Below, piece by piece: positions 1 through 9,442 of a DNA stretch of 64,000 nt. The DNA is from Nostoc sp. DedSLP01. Its GTDB lineage: Bacteria > Cyanobacteriota > Cyanobacteriia > Cyanobacteriales > Nostocaceae. A program made the position numbers and the translations under genes. How positions within the stretch are numbered: position 1 is the stretch's first letter; each line of letters begins with the position of its first letter. The stretch is taken from the NCBI GenBank assembly GCA_034530875.2, contig JAVRCJ020000024.1, forward strand, positions 32,001 to 96,000. Reading direction: 5' to 3'. The notes under the pieces were generated by a model, which saw nothing but the letters and a program-made list of their open reading frames with translations, searched no databases and had not been told where the DNA came from.

Positions 1-33
1 ACATTTTCTACCGACAGTTTCCCGAGCAATCCA

Positions 34-1575
34 TTACCCTACACCCTTTTCATCCTCTGCACCTCCAGCCATTACGTGCAGAATTGTCTTGATGTTCTTT
101 TCCTCGCCACTCAGTTCTGCGACTGACTGCCCATCACGCAGGACGACAACACGCCGTGAACCTTCCACGAGTTCTTCTACTTCCGATGAAATCATTAGAA
201 CTCCCAGTCCTTGGTTTGCGAGTTCGGCAATCAACCGCTGAATCTCGCGCTTTGCACCAACGTCAATACCGCGAGTCGGCTCATCAAGGAGAAGAAGTTT
301 TGTATTCTTGCACAGCCATCGGGCTAGAAGCACCTTCTGCTGATTGCCGCCAGAGAGTTCGTGAATCTTCTGCTCGGTGCTGGCCGCCTTGATACCAAGA
401 CGCTGCATAAAACGATTGACGAGTTCGTTCTGCCGTTTGCGAGAAACGATGCCCCATTGGGTAAGGTTCGGTAGTGCAGCAAGGGTAAGGTTTTCCCGTA
501 CTGAAAGCTCAGGAATGATACCGTCCGCCTTGCGATCCTCGGAAAGGAAAGCTATTCCAGCGTCAATAGCATCGTGAGGATCGACCAGGGATAAAGGACT
601 ACCTTCGAGTTTTACGGTTCCATCCTCAAGTGGTTCCGCCCCAAATAGAGCGCGTGCCGTTTCGCTGCGACCAGAGCCGAGCAGCCCTGCAAGCCCGACG
701 ATTTCGCCATGCCGCATTTCAATGGAGACGCCATTGAGCCGTTTTTTATATTTGAGAGCTTCTGCTTGGAGTAGCACTGGCCGATCTATTGTATTTTGGG
801 ACTGTTGGGCAAATGCCGTGACTCCTTTGCTCACCTCTTCGGGCTGGCGACCCAACATATAGCAAACGAGTTGCAGACGATTGAGGGCTGACAGCGATTC
901 TGTAACAATGTTGCGCCCATCACGCAGTACCGTCACGCGATCGCACACGGCATAAAGTTCTTCAAAACGATGGCTGACGTAGACGATGGATGTCCCTTGC
1001 GACTTTAGCCGACGCATAACATCAAAAAGGACAGCAACCTCAGTTTCCGTCAGCGAACTCGTGGGTTCATCCAAAATCAGCACCCGCGCACCAAAAGATA
1101 TAGCGCGAGCGATCGCTACCATTTGGCGATGGGCAATATTGAGCGAACCAACCACCGATCGCGGATCGATATGCAACCCCAGGCGCTCCAGAATATTGGC
1201 GGCCTCAGCGTTCATTGCCCGTTTATCGATGATGCCGAACCGATGCGGCTCCCTGCCAAGAAATATATTTTCGGCAACCGTGCGGAAATCCACCAGTTGG
1301 ATTTCCTGGTATACGGCTACGATACCTGCCGCCTGTGCTTCCGTCGGGTTCTGAAATGCAACGGTGTTCTGGTCGTACTCGATAACACCTGAATCCCGTC
1401 GATAAGCCCCCGTCATAATCTTGATCAGCGTCGATTTGCCAGCGCCATTTTCTCCGACCAGTGCATGAATTTCACCTGCGTTCAGTTCAAAATCCACCCC
1501 CCAAAGCGCTGGCACCCCGGAAAAACTTTTTTTTATGCCCCTCATACACAGGACATTTCGAGTCGCCTGATTCAT
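34..1575 (-). CDS. Sugar ABC transporter ATP-binding protein (CUT2, RbsA/YtfR-like, two NBDs)
   Basis: Walker A GENGAGKST, LILDEPT, second NBD LSGGNQQKV...LLLLDEPTRGIDVGAK; 513 aa. Confidence 0.93.
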   Translation of the reverse strand: MNQATRNVLCMRGIKKSFSGVPALWGVDFELNAGEIHALVGENGAGKSTLIKIMTGAYRRDSGVIEYDQNTVAFQNPTEAQAAGIVAVYQEIQLVDFRTVAENIFLGREPHRFGIIDKRAMNAEAANILERLGLHIDPRSVVGSLNIAHRQMVAIARAISFGARVLILDEPTSSLTETEVAVLFDVMRRLKSQGTSIVYVSHRFEELYAVCDRVTVLRDGRNIVTESLSALNRLQLVCYMLGRQPEEVSKGVTAFAQQSQNTIDRPVLLQAEALKYKKRLNGVSIEMRHGEIVGLAGLLGSGRSETARALFGAEPLEDGTVKLEGSPLSLVDPHDAIDAGIAFLSEDRKADGIIPELSVRENLTLAALPNLTQWGIVSRKRQNELVNRFMQRLGIKAASTEQKIHELSGGNQQKVLLARWLCKNTKLLLLDEPTRGIDVGAKREIQRLIAELANQGLGVLMISSEVEELVEGSRRVVVLRDGQSVAELSGEEKNIKTILHVMAGGAEDEKGVG

Positions 1576-1580
1576 CGGCT

Positions 1581-1676
1581 TTACCTCGTTTTTATCATTA
1601 TTGCCGATAGTGGAGATCCTTCACTTCGCACTACAGTAATATTTTTGCCATCGTGGAGGCTCAGGATAGTTCCAGA
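1581..1676 (-). pseudogene. Possible remnant of the 3' end of a second sugar ABC ATPase gene
   Basis: My translation is SGTILSLHDGKNITVVRSEGSPLSAIMIKTR*, resembling the CUT2 ATPase C-terminus (SDRILVLxDG...AIM); an in-frame stop lies immediately upstream and there is no start codon. Confidence 0.35.
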
Positions 1677-1841
1677 TTATCTTTTTTTTATTTGACGGTG
1701 ATAACTAGCTTGAAAATAGGGTTGCGGGAACGCGCAATAGGTGAATAGGCAACAACAGACTTTTAAACCTATTGCCTGTTCCCTGCTTTATTCTCATTAG
1801 ACGTAATTTATTAATTTTTAATTTTGAATTTTGAATTGTTA

Positions 1842-2798
1842 TTAGTATGCTTCATCTACAAAATCCTTGGCGTTGCTGGCATCGAACAGTCTGTCTTTGA
1901 GAATGATTCTTGGAGGAATTTTCTTGCCTGCAAAATACTCTTCCATCGTGGCGAAAACAAGGGGGCCAAAACGTGGGTTTGACTCGACACTGACGCCAAG
2001 TTCGCCGCGGATAATTGCTTCAAGTGCAGTTTTTTGACCGTCGATTGAACCGACGATCGCATCTTTGCCGGGTTTTATGCCTGCGGATTTGAGAGCCTGG
2101 ATTGCACCTAATGCCATTTCGTCATTGTGAGCATAGACTGCGGTGATGTCGGAACCTTTGGCTTGGATGATGTTTTCCATGACGCGCTGGGCAGCAGCTC
2201 GGGAAAAATCGGCTGTCTGGGTGGCGACGATTTTCATGTTAGGATAATTGGCGATCGCATTACGAAATCCCTTTGCGCGATCGATTGCCACTGATGAACC
2301 TGCCGTTCCAGTAAGTTCGACGATGGATGCCTTACCATTGGTAGCCTTGGCCAGCCATTCACCGACGCGACGGCCTTGGGCAATAAAATCCGAGCCTAGA
2401 AAGCTAACAAAATCTTCGCCTGGTTTTCCTGCCGCTTCGCGATCGATAAGAAAAACCGGGATTTTTGCGCCTCTTGCTGCTTCCAGGGCGGGCGTGAGAC
2501 CTTCATATTCACGTGGTGCAAGAAATATCGCATCTACTTGTCGTGCAATCAAATCCTCAATGTCAGAAAATTGTTTTGATGTCTGCCCTTGAGCATCGGT
2601 CATTAGAAAATCATAAGTTTTCTTACGCTTGGCGGCCTCTTCTTTAATGCTGTTCGTTTCGGCAATACGCCACGGCCCGATGTTCTCAGTCTGCGAAAAT
2701 CCAACAATTTTTTTCGTTTTCTCGCGCACGCACCCAGACAGCGAGAAAACTGCGATCGTAATTACAATGTAGGTGCTAAATACCAGAAACTTTGGCAT
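1842..2798 (-). CDS. Sugar ABC transporter substrate-binding lipoprotein (YtfQ/RbsB-like)
   Basis: Lipobox LSGC; VGFSQ..WRIAET, AHNDEMALGAIQA motifs; start placed at MPKFL (ORF track starts 2843). Confidence 0.9.
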   Translation of the reverse strand: MPKFLVFSTYIVITIAVFSLSGCVREKTKKIVGFSQTENIGPWRIAETNSIKEEAAKRKKTYDFLMTDAQGQTSKQFSDIEDLIARQVDAIFLAPREYEGLTPALEAARGAKIPVFLIDREAAGKPGEDFVSFLGSDFIAQGRRVGEWLAKATNGKASIVELTGTAGSSVAIDRAKGFRNAIANYPNMKIVATQTADFSRAAAQRVMENIIQAKGSDITAVYAHNDEMALGAIQALKSAGIKPGKDAIVGSIDGQKTALEAIIRGELGVSVESNPRFGPLVFATMEEYFAGKKIPPRIILKDRLFDASNAKDFVDEAY

Positions 2799-2968
2799 AT
2801 AAGCTCGGATACTTGAGCATCCAAAACAGGTTTCATTCTTCATAACCCATGATGTCTGAACGCTACATTGAGCTTATCTCGAAATCCAGACTATTTATCC
2901 CAATTCTTAAAAATTCAGTAACACAATTTAACCTATAAACCTATATAAAATCTAAATTTATTCATTAC

Positions 2969-2993
2969 GTTAGCGCAGCGGGGCGTAGCCCAT
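2969..2993. repeat. 25-bp small dispersed repeat (copy 1)
   Basis: Reverse complement matches 43291-43315 at 24/25 nt; sits within a CATTACG/AATTACG heptamer context. Confidence 0.75.
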
Positions 2994-4381
2994 TACGAAT
3001 TATTTTGGCATTGGTTAAAAGGTTCTCGAATAAAATAGAGCGCATCGCGTTTTTCAATTTCCATCCCGTCTCTATTCCAACTTCCCCAACGAGTGATGAA
3101 TTTTTTCTGGCGATCGCCGCGCTCAATAGCAACAGTAAAGTTATTCCGGAGTTCCCGATAACATCCATCTAAATTACTCAAGGTCAAATCTAGGGATGCA
3201 ATATTCAATTTATTATCTCCTTTATTGACAAGGAAAAATCCTTCATTACCGCGCTCCATAAGTAATACGCTGGGGCTATCAATCAGAGACAAAATATTTT
3301 CTTTGACATTCTTTCCTTGATTTCCTCGTTGATGTATAATCTGGCGAAATTTAACACCATATTGAATAAAATAACCATTGCGATTATCCAAATTTAATAT
3401 TAAAGGGATGCCACTTTCTCTAGCCAATACAAACGCTGTTGCTAAGAAAGAGTCAGAAGGATCGCTATAGGAATTGATGGCATTAAAATTAATCTCACGG
3501 GCAGTATCATGGTTTCTACCAAAGGTAACGCTACGCGAATCATTTATACCTGCGGAAACTGACAGCGAACGTAAATCTCCACCTAAGCTGAAAGCATTTT
3601 TCATGGAATTGTAGAGCGTAAAATCTGTAATATCAGCAATCCAATTATAATTTTCTGCACTGGTGTCGCTATCTACAATTACCTCAAGGTAATTCCATGC
3701 TTTTCCTTGGCTCTGTTGCTCAACATAGCTGATGTACTCTTTAACAATATCTTCTGGTATATGTTTGGCAGCATCAAACCGAAATCCATCAATTCCTAAA
3801 TCTAATAAATTTTTTAAATAAACTTTGTGAATTGTTTTAACGTTACTAGTAAATATTAGGTCAGGTAGCCCGCCCAACCAACAATTAATTTCTGAATTTC
3901 GATTGCCATCATTATAATTAATACTACAAGGATTTTTTCCCAAATGATTTGAGTCTGAATTAAATTCACTTACAATAAGACCTGGAAATTTAGTTAAATC
4001 TTCAAAATCATCACCACCATCTAAATTAGCCATGTGATTGAAAACAACATCAGCAATTACTTTGACATCACAACTATGGGCTTGATTAATAAGTTGTTTT
4101 AAATCTTCTTGCGAACCTCTACCTTCAATAATGCTGTAGTCCACAGGTTGATAGCGTGCCCACCATTCTGGCGCAGGATTAGATTTTTGGGCTGGAGGAA
4201 TTTGAATGTGAGAATATCCTTGCTTGCCGATTTCACATACAAACTTTTGAATATCAGCGTACTGTCCATCAAATGCATGAAAAATTGCAATTGGTTTTTC
4301 TGCTGCTAATGTCTGAATAGGTGAAATACAAATTATGCAGATTATAAGTGCATAGAAGATAATAGTTTTGAGGAAATACAT
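2993..4381 (-). CDS. Secreted alpha-amylase family (GH13) glycoside hydrolase
   Basis: Signal peptide; WWARYQPVDY, DVVFNH, GFRFDAAKH (nucleophile D), YLEV (E), GRNHD (D). Confidence 0.9.
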   Translation of the reverse strand: MYFLKTIIFYALIICIICISPIQTLAAEKPIAIFHAFDGQYADIQKFVCEIGKQGYSHIQIPPAQKSNPAPEWWARYQPVDYSIIEGRGSQEDLKQLINQAHSCDVKVIADVVFNHMANLDGGDDFEDLTKFPGLIVSEFNSDSNHLGKNPCSINYNDGNRNSEINCWLGGLPDLIFTSNVKTIHKVYLKNLLDLGIDGFRFDAAKHIPEDIVKEYISYVEQQSQGKAWNYLEVIVDSDTSAENYNWIADITDFTLYNSMKNAFSLGGDLRSLSVSAGINDSRSVTFGRNHDTAREINFNAINSYSDPSDSFLATAFVLARESGIPLILNLDNRNGYFIQYGVKFRQIIHQRGNQGKNVKENILSLIDSPSVLLMERGNEGFFLVNKGDNKLNIASLDLTLSNLDGCYRELRNNFTVAIERGDRQKKFITRWGSWNRDGMEIEKRDALYFIREPFNQCQNNS

Positions 4382-4461
4382 TGCTATGAAAAGAGGATAG
4401 TGTAGGATATTGTTTTACGTAAGTGTTAGAAGCAGCGATCGCAAGCTAAAAATTTTAAACA

Positions 4462-5085
4462 TCAAACAATCACCGAATTAGCTAGCTGTTTAAGAATTTT
4501 AACCACAGTATAAATGTCTTCTTCGCGATCCAGCGAGAATGTATAAGATAACCCGTATATTGGTGTTTCTTGTTTTATTAGCTTAATAAATTTAAATTCC
4601 TGACCATTTGTAACAAAGCCAAATGTTGGTTTGCCAGAGTCAGGATTACCCAACATATAAGCTAAAGCTTGAGGAATTGCAGGTACTAAAGAATATTGCG
4701 CTCTTTTAGCTTCAATTAGAAGTACCCAAAATAGCGGATGAAACACCAATATATCAATACGTCCTCTAACAATTGTGCCTTCATCCTCTGAAGAAATTTC
4801 TACCTCTTGTTCTGAAGCAATGTAAAAAGGTGGTTGATAAAAGCCCCCTAGTCGCAATAGTGGAGAGAGCACCACCATCTTAACAACAGGTTCTAAAATT
4901 GGATATTTCGACAAATGCAAATATTCTTCCTTCACTTGGTTGAGTAGTTCTTTTTCTGAATCTCTCAACTCTGGTAAATCCTGCTGCCACTCTAAAAAGA
5001 ATTGTTTGTCTTGTGTAAGTTGTAACCCAAATTCATCAATGAGTTGGGCTAGGGTGATATCTTTTCCTTGAACAACCTGAACCAT
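4462..5085 (-). CDS. Stand-alone restriction endonuclease-like protein (HsdR N-terminal/PD-(D/E)xK family)
   Basis: GRIDILV...LIEAKR...QALAYM...GFVTNG motif set; likely start MVQVVQ at 5085. Confidence 0.8.
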   Translation of the reverse strand: MVQVVQGKDITLAQLIDEFGLQLTQDKQFFLEWQQDLPELRDSEKELLNQVKEEYLHLSKYPILEPVVKMVVLSPLLRLGGFYQPPFYIASEQEVEISSEDEGTIVRGRIDILVFHPLFWVLLIEAKRAQYSLVPAIPQALAYMLGNPDSGKPTFGFVTNGQEFKFIKLIKQETPIYGLSYTFSLDREEDIYTVVKILKQLANSVIV

Positions 5086-5214
5086 TTGTCTATACCTTTT
5101 AGTCAAATGGTAATTGAAAATAAAGGTTTTGTGCGCGGGAAGTAGCAAAAACTCGGTGCATTGACGAATCTTTTTGTCCAATTTTCTACATGGCATAGCT
5201 ACTACTACGCATAT

Positions 5215-5502
5215 TTATTTTTTACAGTAGCTTTGCAAATCTTGTGAAGAGTTAACATTTTTTGCGATATATTGTTTTCTACCAATATATTGACCGTGAA
5301 TATTGACCATATAAGGAACAATGTAAGTCAAAATTGCAGAAATCCAGCGCTCAGATGTCATTTGACCAGTCCACAATGCCCAACCATGATTGATTGTGAA
5401 TAAAACAGATCCTATTATTAGAGCTACTTTAAAAGCAGTTGACATCCACTCGCGATTAAATAAGGTGAGTAAATATTCTCTGATAACCTTCTTATGCCTC
5501 AT
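5215..5502 (-). CDS. nrtS: NrtS-family small membrane protein (nitrate/nitrite transporter-like)
   Basis: ALIIGSVLFTINHG...LTYIVPYMVNIHG signature; directly downstream of nrtA-like gene; likely start 5502. Confidence 0.75.
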   Translation of the reverse strand: MRHKKVIREYLLTLFNREWMSTAFKVALIIGSVLFTINHGWALWTGQMTSERWISAILTYIVPYMVNIHGQYIGRKQYIAKNVNSSQDLQSYCKK

Positions 5503-5606
5503 TCTGTTACTGTCTTTAATATTTTGTTTTCGGAAAAGATTAAAGGTTTTTGTTTCCTTTTTCCCTTTAACTAATACCAATTCTGTATGAAGATGCACAT
5601 AATAAG

Positions 5607-5657
5607 ACCCCCCTGTAGTCCCCCCTTAAAAAGGGGGGACGGCGACAGCCGGGGGGT
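5607..5657. repeat. REP-like GC-rich palindromic repeat
   Basis: GTCCCCCCTTAAAAAGGGGGGAC hairpin plus flanking C/G runs; same style as 9144-9199 and 15560-15644. Confidence 0.65.
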
Positions 5658-5715
5658 AAATATATGCAGCTTCACAAAAAATGGTATAACAAGTATTTAC
5701 TCACAAGCTTTTGAT

Positions 5716-7023
5716 TTAAACTCTTCTAATGGTAGGAGCATTTAAATAAGCCTGAGGATTCTCAGGATCGAACTCCAGATCATTAAAAAATTTCTCTACA
5801 CCCCGTGATGTACTTGGTGGAATTGCTTTTTCCTGACCAATTAATTTAGCTGCTTCCCGCCATAAATCTTCCCGATTTACAGCATCAATTAAAGGTTTAG
5901 TTTCAAATTCTGGGGAACGATGTCCCCAGCGCATATCTTCAATTAAAAACCACAAATCGTGGCTTTTATAAGGGTAGGAAGCATTCTCGCGCCAAAACTT
6001 AATTGCATGAGGACTATTTTCCACGACGCGGCCGTTTCCATAATCAAACTTGCCAAGTAAGCGATCGCCAATTACATTGCTTTTGACTCCCATCCATTGG
6101 CGCTGGGAGAGAATCTGGAACATTTCTTCTTTATTTTCAAGGCGATCGCACCACATTTGAGCTTCCAAAACTGCTGCGAGCATTGTTTTTGCCGCCTTGG
6201 GATGCTTATCTACCCATTCCCCACGCACTACCAGAGCTTTTTCCGGGTGATTGTTCCACAATTCTCCAGTAGTTACAGCTGAGTATCCAAACCCCTTTTC
6301 GATCAGTCGGTGATGCCAAGGATCTACACAAGAGAAGGCATCCATACTACCTGCCCGCATGTTAGCCACCGTTTGCGGAGGTGGCATCGTAACCAATGAT
6401 ATGTCTCTACTAGGATCGATACCACCATAAGCTAGCCACCAACGCATGAAAAAGTCCCCTGTCGATCTGGGAAAAGGAACGGCACAACGCACAGTTTCTC
6501 CAGCCCTAGTCTTCTGCTCAAATTTTGATTTGAGAGCAGAGCTATCTAAACCAAGGTTTAACTCTTTATAAGCATTGGCAAGTGAAATCCCTTGTCCATT
6601 CACATTCAGGCGAGCCAAGATATACATCGGAATTTTACGACGATAGCTAATCTCTCCCGTGGCAATCAGGTATGCTTGATTAAAGAGTAAATGAGCGCCA
6701 TCCAAGCCACCATCAGATGAGCTTAACATCAGTTTGTCCCGTTGAACAGCCCAAGAAGGCTGCTTATTTACCTGGATATCAGGCATACCATACTTAGCAA
6801 AAAAGCCCTTGACTTTGGCAATGATTAAAGGAGCGCAACTGCTGACAGGGACAAAGCCCAGTGTGGCTTTTCGCACCTCAGGAGTATCGCTTTCACCAGC
6901 ATACACACCCGAACTCAACTGCTTAACAGTGGAGTTAGAAGTGGCACGATGGCTTATGGTTTGAGTTAGTAGAGCTGCTGCACCTGTAGTTACTAAAAAT
7001 TTCCGTCTAGAAAGCTTTACCAT
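5716..7023 (-). CDS. NrtA/CmpA-family ABC substrate-binding protein with Tat signal
   Basis: SRRKFL twin-arginine motif; PEVRKATLGFVP, WNNHPEK, PYKSHDLWFL, VNREDLWREAA. Confidence 0.9.
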   Translation of the reverse strand: MVKLSRRKFLVTTGAAALLTQTISHRATSNSTVKQLSSGVYAGESDTPEVRKATLGFVPVSSCAPLIIAKVKGFFAKYGMPDIQVNKQPSWAVQRDKLMLSSSDGGLDGAHLLFNQAYLIATGEISYRRKIPMYILARLNVNGQGISLANAYKELNLGLDSSALKSKFEQKTRAGETVRCAVPFPRSTGDFFMRWWLAYGGIDPSRDISLVTMPPPQTVANMRAGSMDAFSCVDPWHHRLIEKGFGYSAVTTGELWNNHPEKALVVRGEWVDKHPKAAKTMLAAVLEAQMWCDRLENKEEMFQILSQRQWMGVKSNVIGDRLLGKFDYGNGRVVENSPHAIKFWRENASYPYKSHDLWFLIEDMRWGHRSPEFETKPLIDAVNREDLWREAAKLIGQEKAIPPSTSRGVEKFFNDLEFDPENPQAYLNAPTIRRV

Positions 7024-7112
7024 ATCGATTAATCTGTTGAAAATTAGTAATATCAGTAGATTGCAAAGTTATCTGTTTAGATTGGCTTTAGGGTGTAGAG
7101 AAAGAATGGCAT

Positions 7113-7262
7113 TAGACTTCTTGCTCTTATTCGGGAAAAGGGGAAGGTGGGGTCCCCTCTGGGGATAAGGGGCGGGGGAAAGGGGGAAAGGTTTGGTATT
7201 TTCCCTTTAACATGCATCCCTTTGACCACAAGAGTGCAAAAAGCACTTTTGCAAAAGGTCTA
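7113..7262. mobile_element. MITE-like element (TAGAC(C/T)TCTTGCA-type terminal inverted repeats) with nested short repeat
   Basis: Ends TAGACTTCTTGC / TGCAAAAGGTCTA; interior highly similar to 43555-43674, plus an extra ~30 bp insert. Confidence 0.7.
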
Positions 7263-7306
7263 TTGATGAGTTAATTACAAACTCAGTTAAGGTTGTGTCA
7301 CAGGGT

Positions 7307-8134
7307 TTAAATTACGTTGCTTACACTGGTTACAACTTGGTTTTCTATATATCTAACTTGCTGCTGTCTGTATAGAAATTGCATCATTTCATGACGAAGT
7401 GCATTATATTTAGTGCTATCCATAATTTCCATCGGAAACCGAGGATATGCAAAGGGCACTTCCAAAACGCGATCAATGGTTGCAGCAGGGCCGTTTTTCA
7501 ACATGACCACGCGATTAGAGAGTAATAGTGCCTCATCCACATCATGAGTAACCATGATGGCAGTGATATCGTTTGTATTACAAATATGCATTAACTCAGT
7601 TTGTAGGGAACTACGAGTTAATGCATCCAAAGCTCCAAATGGTTCATCCAAAAGTAGTAACTTCGGCTTGATAGCTAAGGCCCGTGCTAAAGCGACTCGT
7701 TGTTTCATTCCCCCAGAAAGTTGTTTTGGTTTTTTGCCAATGGCATCTTTTAGCCCTACCATTTCCAGGGAATGAGCAATTAGTTGATAGCGTTCTTTCT
7801 TGGATTTGTGGTGCATTACCTTATTAACAGCTAAGGCGACATTTTCCCAAGCAGTTAACCAAGGTAAGAGGGAATAGTTTTGAAAAACCATCATGCGATC
7901 GTAACCAGGTTTACGTACTAATTGACCGTCAATTTGTACATACCCTTGTGTTGGTTTATCCAACCCAGCCACAATATTTAATAAAGTAGACTTACCACAA
8001 CCGGAATGACCGATGAGGGAAACAAAATCTCCAGGAATGATTTTTAAATTGATATCTTGCAGGACAATATTTTTGCTACCATCCGATAGCTTAAATTCCT
8101 TACCTATCCCTTGAATTTCAACAAAGCTAGACAT
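7307..8134 (-). CDS. Nitrate/bicarbonate-type ABC ATP-binding subunit (NrtD/CmpD-like)
   Basis: GHSGCGKST, MVFQNYSLLPWLT, LSGGMKQRV, LLLLDEPFGALDALTR; no C-terminal NrtC regulatory domain. Confidence 0.9.
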   Translation of the reverse strand: MSSFVEIQGIGKEFKLSDGSKNIVLQDINLKIIPGDFVSLIGHSGCGKSTLLNIVAGLDKPTQGYVQIDGQLVRKPGYDRMMVFQNYSLLPWLTAWENVALAVNKVMHHKSKKERYQLIAHSLEMVGLKDAIGKKPKQLSGGMKQRVALARALAIKPKLLLLDEPFGALDALTRSSLQTELMHICNTNDITAIMVTHDVDEALLLSNRVVMLKNGPAATIDRVLEVPFAYPRFPMEIMDSTKYNALRHEMMQFLYRQQQVRYIENQVVTSVSNVI

Positions 8135-8184
8135 ATTTATGTTCCGTTAATCTTATTTGAATTAGAATTTTTTCTGCAAACAGG

Positions 8185-8991
8185 TTATTCTTGTGGAGTT
8201 ATTTTGAACGAGAAATAAGCCATTATTTTGTCTAGAATTATGCCAACTCCGCCCAAGTAAATAATTGCCAAGATGATTTCACTAATATCTGAGTTGTTGT
8301 ATGCATTGACGATAAAAAAGCCTATGCCGTCGTCAGAGAGCAACATCTCGGCTGCAACAACGGCTAACCAAGATAGACCAAGTGCAATCCTTAATCCTGT
8401 AAAAATGTAGGGAAGTGTAGCAGGGAGTAAAATTTTAAAAAAGTTCTCAAAAGTTGTGAACTCTAAAATTTTGGAGACGTTGGTGTAATCTTTAGGAATC
8501 TGCTGTACGCCTAAAGCAGTATTAAGAATAATCGGCCAAATTGCTGTAATAAAAATTACAAATATAGCTGAGGGGTCGGGTTTGAGAAAAATAGCCTGAG
8601 CAAGAGGCAGCCAAGCCAGAGGTGCAACCGGACGTAACAGTTGGATAATTGGATCGATCGCTAGTCTAGTAAATTTGTTCAAGCTAATAATAAAACCAAT
8701 CAGAATACCTGCGATCGCAGCTAGAAAATACCCAAAGGTCACTCGCTGAAGGCTGGCAATCAGCAACCAAAACAATCCTTTGTTATTAGTTCCCTTGTTA
8801 AAAAAGGGATCGATAATCAACTCCCAAGTATCAGTTATAACCGTAAAAGGAGAAGGCAAGGATGTTTCAGGATTTAAGCTGAGTAAATGCCATACAATTA
8901 ACAGAATTGTAATACCAAAAGCAGAGGCAATAATTTCCTGAGATTGCTTATACAAACTATGAAAACTAGAACTTTTAATATTTATCAACAT
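8185..8991 (-). CDS. Nitrate/bicarbonate-type ABC permease (NrtB/CmpB-like)
   Basis: LIIDPFF, LRPVAPLAWLP, IFVIFITAIWPIILNT, TGLRIALGLSWLAVVAAEM. Confidence 0.92.
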   Translation of the reverse strand: MLINIKSSSFHSLYKQSQEIIASAFGITILLIVWHLLSLNPETSLPSPFTVITDTWELIIDPFFNKGTNNKGLFWLLIASLQRVTFGYFLAAIAGILIGFIISLNKFTRLAIDPIIQLLRPVAPLAWLPLAQAIFLKPDPSAIFVIFITAIWPIILNTALGVQQIPKDYTNVSKILEFTTFENFFKILLPATLPYIFTGLRIALGLSWLAVVAAEMLLSDDGIGFFIVNAYNNSDISEIILAIIYLGGVGIILDKIMAYFSFKITPQE

Positions 8992-9073
8992 TGAGTAAAA
9001 TCCTCAAATATAGTAATCCAATTTCATTCGGAGAATCACTTTAGAGAAAGACAACAGGAAATAAGAAAAGGGG

Positions 9074-9089
9074 TGTATTTAACTTTACA
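9074..9089. promoter_or_regulatory. Putative NtcA binding site
   Basis: TGTATTTAACTTTACA matches TGTA-N8-TACA, ~83 bp upstream of the nrtB-like start; no canonical -10 box 22 nt downstream. Confidence 0.65.
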
Positions 9090-9143
9090 AAAATTAAGTA
9101 ATATCAAGTTCGGATGATTAGTTATAATTGCAGTCCTCGCATT

Positions 9144-9199
9144 ACCCCTCCCCAACCCTCCCCTTGGCAAGGGGAGGGTGCCGTAAGGCGGGTGGGGTG
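9144..9199. repeat. REP-like GC-rich palindromic repeat
   Basis: ACCCTCCCCTTGGCAAGGGGAGGGT hairpin with flanking CCCC/GGGG arms. Confidence 0.65.
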
Positions 9200-9442
9200 T
9201 TTTAGAATTGACAGCAGATTGAAAGTAAGTGAGGTACAGCAGGACTGATTCATCAAAGATAAAGAGTTTCTTTCTAACTCCTACCTCCTCCTGCCTCCTG
9301 CCCTCTGCCTCCTGCCTTCGTTATCCTTTCCAAACCATGTCTTAATTACGAATTACGAATTGGTATAATTGCACCAAGATGCAAACTATTTAGAGATAAT
9401 TCATAGAAAAACTAAACTCTGCAAAGAAAAATGCAATAGGCT

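Noticed and set aside
4462..5085. Type I restriction-modification system
   Set aside because: Only a short nuclease-like domain, with no helicase motifs, hsdM or hsdS
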